DNA of 64,000 bases, taken from Catajapyx aquilonaris. Its lineage: Eukaryota. The position numbers were made by a program, and so were the translations under genes. Of this stretch, positions 22,428 through 34,400 are shown in pieces. Within the stretch, counting starts at the first letter, position 1, and every line of letters starts with the position of its first letter. Where the stretch lies: the NCBI GenBank assembly GCA_000934665.2, contig KZ538486.1:1-64000 (forward strand), in the 5' to 3' direction. Below the pieces are notes generated by a model. It was not told the DNA's origin. It saw nothing but the letters and a program-made list of their open reading frames with translations, and searched no databases.

Positions 22428-25400
22428 NATCATGCCCTCTTCATTTATACTTTTTTTTTTTTTTTGTTCGCTAATTCAACCTAGGTCTTCCCTAGACCTC
22501 TAGTTAGTCACGACGGATCTTATAAAATACCCAGCATTTCCCTCCCTGAGTAAAAAAATGGAAAGTTTCTGGATTTCTCTATATGCGTTCATGTTTGTGA
22601 TTCAGATATTTTTTTCTAATTCTCTCTACATAAAAAAAAACACATGCTGTACCGTCCCGAGATTCATACCTTACAAGCACGAGCTCCCTTGCGTGCAGTT
22701 CTTGGGATTTCCCTTGGCCATCCACCTATGCCTCTTCCTCACATATATATTTTTTTCTTTACTAGAAATAAAACGGTTTCTCGGGTCATGTGCTCAAGAA
22801 GGTGAAGAAAATGGGACTCGCGACTATGGATTATGATCATAAAAATCTGTCAACTATAAAACTTTCGCTTCATGTCAGTAGATACATCAAACGGTTCAGA
22901 AGATTCGTTTAAAAAAATGTGTAAAAACTTTCTATCCGGGAAGCCAGAATAATATAACCACGACGAGATGATATGCCACGTGATTTAATTAAATCTTTCT
23001 AGGCTGGCGTGACGGAAAACAAAGGCTGACCATTTAAAAACACGACTCGTCTATAGCATCAATTGCATTGTCTTTCACTTTACGAGTCTGAATGAATACC
23101 ATAGAAGACCTTCAAGTCGCAAGGTTAAGGGAACTAGACCGAATTCATTTGCCTTAAAGTGTCGGTCCAAAAAAGAAAGTGAAGCATCTCTGGGATAAAT
23201 GTGGCGTAAAATTCTTTAAGAAACTTATCTACTCATTGCGTGTAACATGTGGTGCTACGAAATTCACGCACTGAAAATAATCGAACTTATTGGTGCATTA
23301 TGGCTGTGTGTTTTCTTTACTTCTTTAATTTCATTTTGACAGTTTCCGTTACGTCGCGTCGCGTCGTCACCTTACTTTTTTGTGACATTTTACCTGAATC
23401 ATGTGCGTATTATAACTAGCTCTAGGTAGCTCTATAGGCAGTCCTGGAAAAGACCGGTATAGCTCTGCGGCTCTGCTGAAGGACAAGTACATAAAAAGCA
23501 CATGAAAAATAAAGATCCTAATCAAAATAACGACTAGGTGAAAAGGTCATTTTTTTTGTCCTCTCACCAGAAATTTCACAGTGTCGCAACAAGTGCTGCG
23601 CTTTTTAACGATTATTTATAATAATTCCACTTCTTGTTACAATGTTTAAAGCGCCATTATTTCTTATACACCACTACGCGTAGTGGATAGGTAATTGTAT
23701 ATTGTCATGCAATTACCAAGGGTGAATCGGTCGATCGTACAGTGTACTTCAGTGGCTAATTTGTAGCCTATTACATGCTTACGTAATGAAATCGTGCTGA
23801 AGCATGCTTTTCAAGCTAAACAATAAGAATCCAAACGAGGTATATAAAAAAAGCAACGACTTTACGTCACTACATGAAATTCACATATTCACCAATACTG
23901 CACCGGTTCTACAATAATTGAAAATTTGCTTCATGGTAGTGACCTCTAGAAAGACTGAAAAATATTGTCCTGAGGACCTCGGACGTGTGCGAAATTCACT
24001 CCAGGGGAACACACGCGTGTCCTCTTTTCCCTCTTTCATCAAGTCCTATTATGAAAGGACTCCAGGGACGATACTTTAATCCCCCCTCTTGCCATCTTTC
24101 CGCACGACTTATAGTATACAACATTACTGCACGTCATGGAGGCAGATATTGAATTACAGCAGCTGTTTCTCCGCACCCCTATATATAGTTGTCGAGTGCC
24201 AAGCAACACATGTTATATACCCAAAGTATTATTATGTCTTTATACTGTGGCACTGACGGATATGAAGGCTCACTCGCACGATATATACACGCAACTACGT
24301 GTAATACATCGTGGCTGCATCATTAAGAAGTAGGCTCCCAGGAACCATAAATACTCATAACACAACAACTTCCTCATAATTCCGGCTGTTAGATATGAGT
24401 AGCTAATATGTCACTCGTACCTGGCTCATATTTTACACCGCAGGCTTATATGACTTATTTATGGAGCGTTAAGTGTAAGTAATCAGCTTGAATAATAACA
24501 ACAACGTGCAATTGAGAAATATGCACGTTTTTATCAAGCGATTGCATGCATCTTCATAATCCATTTTACTGGAACGTTTTTCAGCGTGTTATTCACCAAA
24601 TAGTTTGCAACCCCCCATATTGAACTTGCATCACTCAAAAACCGAATATTTCCTCACATCCCGAGAAGCGTAATCTGTTATTGTATCACCGATAATAATA
24701 AAATATTTCCCCGCAAGTGGTAAACAGGAAAACATTGCGGAAGACGGATATGCACAGAATTCACATTTGCATACAATTTGCGCCAATGTAATATCCAACC
24801 TTTTGAAGTTATAAGATGCAGTATATATGACATTAAGAACTGCCCAACTGCTAAGTAAAATTTTCCGATGATGCCACATAACTTAAAAACCGCCCTATAA
24901 TACAACGTCTTCATGACAAATAGAACATTGCACTGATTTTCCGCTTCTCACACTTGAATCAGAATGTAAAATGACCGTCATTCTGACAGAAAAAGGCATA
25001 TCACGGTCATTTTACCTCTTTCGTCTGTTATGCCAACATCTGCATGTGGGAGCCTGCAGCATAATGCCTCGCGTGACCACTTTTATATTTTATCAAGCGA
25101 ATACATGAAATTCAAGGAACGACGTCAATACATATTCATCTAGGAAAATCCCTGTTTTTCTCCCCTAGACTAGCAATTTTCCTCCTTTTGCCCAAAAATA
25201 GACCCCGCCAACTGACTGGAATCCAGTCATCCTTGTAAAAAACCACCGATATTAGCGATAGCCATAGGTATTCCCCTATATGCCCCGTCAGAACGAGTAT
25301 GAGCATCCGAGATTACGAAATATTAGAGTGGGAATCCACCTTGCTGCTCTTTTGCGGTCAAGGGCGAATAGTCACTCCAGTATCATGGCCTTGGATCCGC

Positions 25401-28400
25401 GGCGATTACAACTAAAGGTCTACCGGCCTAACACTCAGTCGTACGCGATAGGTGGTCAGCAGGATGCCGCTCCTCACCTCATACTACACCCTAATGGCGG
25501 TGGGTATGGCCACCTACCTGGCCGTGAGTCGCGTGACAGACAGGCACGAGCGGTACGTACCAAACCGGAGGGTATTGGACCGGGAGTATGATTTCGTGGT
25601 GATTGGCGGAGGTTCGGCGGGTGCTGTGATGGCCAGCAGGCTATCAGAAATTCCTCAGTGGTCCGTCCTCCTGCTGGAAGCTGGTAAGGAGCAGCCGGAG
25701 CTTACGCTGATTCCGGCCACTGCCATTACCCTTCAGAACACGGACCTGGACTGGAAATACCGGACAGAGCCACAGTCCACCGCGTGTTTGGGTATGGAAG
25801 GGGGTCGGTGCAACTGGCCCAGGGGCAAGGTGCTGGGCGGGTCCAGCGTGCTCAACTACATGATGTATGTGCGTGGCAACAAGAGGGACTACGACCAGTG
25901 GGAATCGCTGGGCAACTTCGGGTGGTCGTACCAGGACGTTCTGCCGTACTTCCTGAAGGCGGAGGACAACCAGAACAAAGCCTACACCAGTACGAGGTAC
26001 CATCGCAGCGGTGGTCCTCTAGGCGTGTGTGAAAGCCCGTATACGACCGAACTCCTGCAGCCATTTCTGGACGCCGGACGCGAGCTGGGGTACGCCGTAC
26101 ACGACTGCAACGGTGCTAACCAGACCGGGTTTATGCAGTGCCAAGGAACGATCAGAAGAGGTGCTAGGTGCTCCACCAACTCAGCCTACCTAAGGACCAA
26201 CCACGTGCGGGACAGGCGGAATCTCCACGTGGCTCTGGAATCTCACGTGCACCGCATCCTCACGAACGACGATCCGAATGCACCCAGGGCAACCGGTGTA
26301 GTGTTCAAGCGTCGTAATCAAATGCACGTGATCCGTGCCAAACGAGAGGTCATCCTGTCCGCCGGAAGCATCAACTCCCCACAGATCATGATGCTATCTG
26401 GCATGGGTCCCCAAGACCATCTCCAGGAAATGGGCATACCGGTACGGAAGGACCTGCCAGGGATCGGACAGAATCTTCAAGACCACATATCTCCTGCTGG
26501 CCTAGTCTTCCTCATAGACAAGCCAGTGTCCATCATACCAGCAAGGTAAGCCAATTATATTTCGAAATGTGGTATATTCCTAGTGTTCACTAGGGAAATG
26601 CACTTCTTTTCTGTCACTATAATCCTCAAATAGAGATTCAAACCTTGCGTAACTTTTTTTGTTACACTTTCAAAATAGCACCAAGGCTGACACCTACTTG
26701 TTATTCATATATGATATTTGTACTGTAAGTAGGCAAGGTCCCATTCCAGCACAATGGAGGGATATGGACAGAAAAGCCCGATTTCGAGATTTTCTGGGGA
26801 AAAAAAATTGGACAGGAACACTTACAAATCTACCATCCTTTTTCTTCCATCTCCTTTGTTACCATTATAATATGATGTAGTTCCATGGTCCATTTCGGGT
26901 CAGGGTCCAGACCGCAGTATTAAAAACCAGGTCTGACCTTCCAGAGTCCTAAACCCGTTGACCTTCGTGAGATGGTTCCAGAGGCGTGACGGTCCTGTAA
27001 CTACCATCGGCGGACTGGAGGGCCTCGCCTGGGTCAACACAAAGTACGCCAACGCTTCAGAGGATTGGCCTGACATTGAGTTTCACTTCTCCGCCGGATC
27101 CGTGGCTTCCAGTGAGTGGTTCCGCACCAGCAGTGGTTTGTCACAGGCCAACTGGGACGCCACTTACAAAGAAATCTTGGGTCGGGACAGCTGGATGGTC
27201 CTCCCCATGCTGCTCAGGCCACACTCCAGAGGCTATATCCGGCTGAACAGTCGAAACCCCGAAGTATATCCGCTGATATATCCCAATTACCTGTCAGACC
27301 CTAGGGACGTGGCTACCATGGTCGACTCCGCCAAACTGGCCATCAAGCTGGGTGAGACCAAGGCATTCAGGGACATTAACTCTACCCTTTGGCGGAGGAC
27401 ATTTCCAAATTGCAGCCGTTACGAGTTCCTGAGTGACGAAATGCTGGAATGCCATTCGCGTCATTACACCTTCACTATCTACCATCCGGTGGGTACGTGC
27501 AAGATGGGGCCGTCCAACGACCCGGAAGCTGTGGTGGACAACAGGCTGAGAGTGCATGGGGTCAAGGGTCTCCGGATAGTGGATGCCTCCATTATGCCTC
27601 GAATAGTGAATGGCAATACCAACGCGCCCACGATCATGATCGCCGAGAAGGCGTCCGATATGATCAAGCAAGATTGGTGGTTTTCTGGTCAAGGCAAATG
27701 AATGCTCGGACTCAACTAATTGGTTTCACCCCTCAAGAATTTTCGGTGCCATACGCCAAGGAGGACTGGTGCGTGGGCAGGATACTACACGTATACTTTT
27801 CAAGACTAATGTTGCCTGGTAATACTCGTGCTCTGAGGCCCTTCGAAGCAGTGCAATCTAACTTGGAATGGGGTGTACGTGTCCTTAGACAAGGCACGCA
27901 CGTGATAATGAACTTGGGGTTGAACGCAAGAGTGCCTTCTAAGGACCGATTGCATGATCAATGGAAAATCCAAAATAATATATTTTTCACACACCATTAC
28001 TCATTGGATTTACTATCGATCACTATGCAACCGAAATTAAGTAAGAAGATGCCAGTGTATGAGGATCTCATGTTTGTGACTGACACTATACAACCAAAGG
28101 TCTAATCATTATTCACCTCCTATCCCATTGCCCTTCACAGAACCTGATTCTGAGTTTTTGGAAAACCCATCGCATTTATATGATAATGTACTGTATATTA
28201 TCCACATAAAAAATGTCCTTAACTTATGCAATAAAAGCGGGTCATTACCATACACGGAAGGTATACGATTAATTTGATTAATAGTCAGTTAGGGAAGGCC
28301 ATCCAGTTGCATTAGCATATGTGAGGATGACTCGAGTGACATTTCCATGACAAATCCTTCCCCAATGGCGATCTACGTAGCAAATTGTTTAGCCCAGTAA

Positions 28401-31400
28401 ATCCTTAAAATTGCACAACCTTAAAAAAAAATCAGGCACCAATCTTTGCTGTGATTGAGTAAGCGTCAACTTGCTTTATGATAACTAATTTTAATACAAG
28501 GTATCAAGGTTGTGGCAATATTTGCAATACGGTAATTTAAGGGAAATAATATTTGCGCAGGATGCACCTGTAACAATTCCACGTGAGAAGAACAACGCAA
28601 CGACAGATATTATGCAAAAAAATGTTGAGAAAATTCCCATAAAATATAGGGATCAGGTGGCTCACCCGTGTTCTATATACAATATATTCCTCTCAATATT
28701 TTTAAACTTAACAAGGCTGTCTTCATATTACAATATTTACTTATCATGCAAGCGCCTTCAAATGGCATGCATGTTATTACAAGGATACCCCCACTGAAAA
28801 AAATGTAATGACCTACAACGTCATAATGGTCTCTTTAGAAATGATACAGGGTTTTTCTCAAGGTTAGTGATGAGAAGCATAAAATTGACACCAAGTTCAT
28901 TGAGCTCACTTCAGGCTTTGTTTCATTGTACGGTCGCGGTCGGTCCCATTTATCCACAGGGTCGTTATCCGCGGTTTGTACCAAATTCTTCTTTCCTAAT
29001 GAAACACACAAGTATGGTTGCTAAACGGTTCATGCAAACGCCTAGAGGTAGACTATTATAGGCAAGTCAGTTAAACCAATAACCACAATGCTCATTGAAA
29101 TGTAACACCCGACCCCTTAGCAATTAATCAGACTGGTACTCCCAACTTAATGAAGTCCTTTGCCGCTACAAGCCGCCAGTGTCTGGAGGCCATTTCGCCC
29201 ACTTTTCTTATCCCTCCTGCCACCTGTTGCCATCCACTCGAAACCCACATTTCATTGCAGACTCTGCATTTGCCGCAACCAGTGGGTGGGAGACATTCCA
29301 CCTCGTAATTACTCCAGAAATAACATTCGATGGGAATGTCCCTGGACCACGAGCCAGGCTGCGATGCAATCCGTTCGGAATTTCTGAGGCCAACCGCAAC
29401 AGGAGGGCATTGTCCGGTTGTCACACCCAGTCATCCATTATTACAATACCGATGACAAAGAGTGTCGCAGCTAAGCACGTACAAGAAGCTATCGGCTAAT
29501 TTGATGATATGTCATATGAAAATATTTTTTAAAAAATTGACCATCATTCATTTCACCTGTTACTATAAAGTCAATGTCATAAATTGGTTACATATAGAGC
29601 CAATGGTCAATTTACTAGAAGACAATATTACTTTCACAATACATTTTCTCTTCATTACTGCGTGTCTGCTTCTCATGGCAGGATGCGTCATATCATATAA
29701 CTTCAGATAAGGAAATCAGGTTATGCACTCAGTTGTAACTGGCGACATAAAAGTCACTTCCTTAGGTGTGTTCCGGTAGTCGTGGACTAAAAAAGCTGGA
29801 CTCGAACTTTAGAAGGAAAAAAAAAACAAGTCAGATTTCAGGATGCAGGCCCTTTCACACGACAATTTTACTGCATCCCACGCAAGCCACCTTGATCAAT
29901 CATTTAAGGGACATTAAAATTCTCGTGGTAACCCGTATGCTGTAATTTGCTTTCGATTGCTTATGACGTCAGGTATCCAAGGTGAGTTCCGCTGCGGGGA
30001 AATACACCTGAACACATGATTTCCATAAATTACCCACCTATGCTTTTCCCACCCAAAAGCCAAAACCCTGGTTCTAATGGCAAATGACATATCCGGGTCA
30101 TGCATATGACTGATGCTTTTCAGAATTGTGCTATAAAACACTTCGATGCATTACAGCTCGTTTTTCCAGGACAGGTTACTGTTAATTGGTGGCACTCAAG
30201 AAATCACCTTCCCTATAAACGAGAAAAGGGCACTGCCCTGACGTACCCTTGCAAAAGTCAACTTGTAATGCGACTGGTTTCTAGGTCGATTCAATGCTAT
30301 TTCGAAATCTAGTACTAATGTAAATAATCATCTCCTCATTGAAAAAAAATATATGGTAAACGACGATTTCGCAGGAAAAGTTATGTCATGAAATTGCACA
30401 AGCTAACAGGCACGGCATTTGGCTACTTATCCCTCAAATTTCCAAATCAGGCGCGGCCACTATATGATACTGCCAATAAATTTTCAGAAATAATTATTCA
30501 ATCCTCCTCATCCGATTATACCGAACTCTGTCGTCACCACTATACCCCTGAGGGGTGTGGTGCAGTTAGCTGAAAGTCAGCTCACTTGGGACTTTCCGCC
30601 ACCACACTGATCGCATCATTTTCCTGAACAAGTCTTAGCACCAACCTTGGCGACCTCCACCTTTATCCGCCACGGTAAGCATAGCGGGCGCTCTATCTAA
30701 CACCACACAGAGAGAGAAAAAAAAAAAAACATCATCTGGTTGTGGTGAAGGGAAATTGCAACCCGTAGGCAGAGTGCTGGCACTCCCTGAGCTCAAGCGG
30801 TTTTGTCGTGATTGTGCTGGTCGTGAAGTCAGATCGTAGGGATTCGCCAGTCTTACATACAGGTATGTATCGTCTCAGTCGCACATTTCATAGCCTAACA
30901 AGTTAGGCAAACACTATCAAAACTAATTAAAAATAATTTGAACTTAACAGTTAACTTCTACTCATAGGACGGTCCTGATGATAATATGGCCATAGAAGGT
31001 AATATGGCCATAGAAGGTAATATGGCCAATGGACTGTATCATGTACCGGTACCGTATACATCTTAAGAACAATTTACTAGTCATGTACTAGAGAAGCGAC
31101 AATCAATTCGATGGAATCGTACACGTCCAACCAAATTGAGGTCTACCTACATTTTAACTTCACGATCGTTCTAGTAAATCACTAACCGTTCCCCCTACCA
31201 ATTTGCCCATAAAAATGCCAAAATGGTGAACGGCTTTCACGTTTCGGCCCCCCCTCAACACGCACACTTCCACGCCCTGCTTCTTGTATCCATCTCCATT
31301 AAGCAATTCGATCCAGATTATTTGTTCTCAGTGTCACGTAGGAACATGTGGATGCTTACCACTCTGGCGGAACAATTAGTGACAATGGGATTTTTGAGGT

Positions 31401-34400
31401 TGCAATTGGCGTGCGAAGTTACCATAACTCAATGGGGGGGGGGGGGGGGGGAANGGGGGGAATCCGGTCACTTGCGGTTGCGTTCAAGTTGTCGATACTG
31501 ATCTGTTACATGAAACGAAAGTCGAACTTGAAGATACCAGAATGCAATGGTTTAAAGTGGACGGACGGGTCTTGCAACCGTGGGACTTCGGCTTGACTCG
31601 CGCAGAATTCAAGGCCTCGGGCCAAAACTGGCATTGTTAGTTCTTAGATAATAAAAATTCTTGAAAGTTGACTTGGTCCCTCAAATAATATCTGTATCTC
31701 TGAAACAGTAACCTGAATAACTATCTTCGAGCCGTAAAAAAATTCCACACAATTCGAGCATATTTCGAGTTAAATTTGGCAAAATTCCCACACATTTTGC
31801 AATAAAAGGACAGCGGGATGCTTTTCAATAGGTTATCAATATCATCTAGCTAACCACTAACGAAGGACAATTCATCGTATTATTCGGTATAAGTTTACCT
31901 TGGACAAAATCGTGTCTTGCAACTACTAATCTGTTGCTAAATCCGTTGCAGCGATTACCTGGATAAAAAAACCGGCCCATTTGTAACACCCATCAAATGC
32001 TTACAGTGACGCACGAGCCACAATATTATAAAGAAGCAGATTGAGCACTATTGCCTGCGGGTTGCATTTTAAGTGTCCAAACATAATTTTTCAAAAGAAT
32101 TTATGGCAAATGTTGCGTGCTGGATGCGCAAATTTGTATTTTTAGTGGGAACTTAAACAGTGAGCACCCTGTACATTTGCCACTTATACAGTCCAAAGAC
32201 TGTCTAAATGATAGTGTTTGTGTTTATGGAGACGTGTAGTGTCGAAGAAAACAAGCCAGATGGTCATGCGGCGATACCTCATTTTTCTAATGGCCGTTAG
32301 GCAATTCATGGCTTCCTATTTGTACATGTTAATCTGTTGATAAGCATGCGTCACTAATAATCCTGAACTCAAAAACATCTTTCAGTAAAGTAATTATTAA
32401 AGTATGACTATTAAAATTTTACTTGACAACAGCCTTTGTATGGTAATTACGCGCCACTAGAATATACGGGCATTCAAATAACTTATACGAATTTAGCCGA
32501 ACCGGGAAGTCACAGCCCGATCCTTACCTTCACAAAGCAAGGAACATCTCACGGTATACTGTTAAAGCAGTTAACCTACACCATTCTCTTCCTTCTGCAG
32601 ACACGCCAACGTCATGTGGAAGTGGAAACCACTTTTCCTTTTCTGTCTGGTCACGTCACTGATGATGTGGCGGACCTCCAGCGTCGAGACAGAAGAACTG
32701 ATACCCGACACCCAGTACATCGATGTCGAGTACGACTTCATCATCGTGGGTGCCGGCTCCGGAGGCTCTGTCGTGGCCAACCGCTTGTCGGAAAACCCTG
32801 AGTGGAAGATCCTCCTTTTGGAAGCAGGCAGGGAGCCCAGCCGGGTCAGCGACGTGCCCTCGTACGTGACCCGTCTATTCGAAGAGGATGACCTCATCTG
32901 GTCATACTCCCCGGAAAAAAGCGACCAATTCTGCTTGGGTCTTGACGGCGGGTCTTGCTATTTGGCTCGGGGTCGAGGTCTGGGTGGTTCTTCCTCCATC
33001 AACTACATGGTGTACACACGAGGGGCCAGGATGGACTACGACCACTGGGCGGCCATGGGCAACCAGGGCTGGTCCTACGAGGACGTGCTGCCCTACTTCA
33101 TCAAGTCTGAGGACAACCGCAACCCCGCCCATGTTAACAACAGCTACCATGGAACCGGGGGGTATCTGTCAGTTGAAGAAGTGGGGTACCGCACCAAGTT
33201 GGGTAACGCTTTCTTGGAGGCCGGTCAGGAGCTGGGGTATCAACTGGTGGACAACAATGGGCCGCAGCTGACTGGGTTCACGCCTTCGCAGCTGACCACT
33301 CGCAATGGTGTTCGTGACTCGACGCTCAGGGCCTTCTTGACCACTGCTAGATGTCGGCCCAACCTGCACGTGGCCAAGGGTGCTTTTGTTAGGAAGATTT
33401 TGATCGATTCTGGCGCCAAGAGGGCTTATGGAGTCGAGTTTCAACGTAATGACCGGATTCAAAGATCGATCGCCAGAAAAGAAGTCATATTGTCAGCAGG
33501 AACACTGCACTCACCCCAAATCTTGATGCTGTCCGGCATCGGTCCTCAGGAGCAGCTTCAAAAGCATGGTATCCCAGTGGTGGAGCATCTTCCTGGAGTC
33601 GGTGACAACCTTCAAGATCATCTGTCCGTGGGAGGCATCATCTTCTTGGTAGATCAGCCACTGTCTGTGCGTGACCACACTGTCAATACTGGAGAAAACT
33701 TCGTGCAATGGCTCCGACATGGTAAGGGTCCCCTGACCGTGCCAGGAGGTCACGAGGTGATGGGCTGGATCAACACCAAGTACGCCAATCCGAACGAAGA
33801 CTGGCCAGACATCCAACTCTTCTTCACACCAAACTCCATCGTGACCGAGGACACTGGAGAGCCAGGTTTCGGTCTCTCTCGGGAGAACTGGGATGCCACG
33901 TACAGGGACATCGTCGGTCACGAAACTTGGATGATCCTTCCATCACTGATGCGACCAAAAAGCCGAGGCCATGTGTGCCTCAAGAGCGGTAATCCTGACG
34001 ACCCTCCACGAATCATCCCCAACTACCTCAGTGACGAGGACAACCTGGATCTCAAGACAATCATTGAAGGCGTCAAAGCAGCCCTCCAAGTGGCAGGTAC
34101 CCACAGCATGCAGCGGTTCAACTCCACACTGTGGGGACGACCACTGCCTGCCTGCAGCCATCTGCAATTCCTCACCGACGAATACTGGGAATGTCAGATC
34201 CGACACTTCACCTTCACCTTCTTCCATGGCACCGGAACCTGCAAGATGGGTCCCAACAACGACCCTTACGCGGTAGTTGACAACAAGCTTCGAGTGTACG
34301 GAATTTCAGGTCTACGTGTGGTGGATGCATCCGTGATGCCAACTGTTCCAACCGGTAACACAAACGCTCCGACCATCATGGTTGCGGAGAAGGCCTCGGA

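Noticed and set aside
22174..22503. ORFs with IYIYIY runs
   Set aside because: Translation of the (AT)n microsatellite.
29179..29499. ORF containing HFIADSAF, loosely like a PIF/Harbinger transposase DDE motif
   Set aside because: A single short motif with no other conserved blocks visible; needs BLASTX to support.
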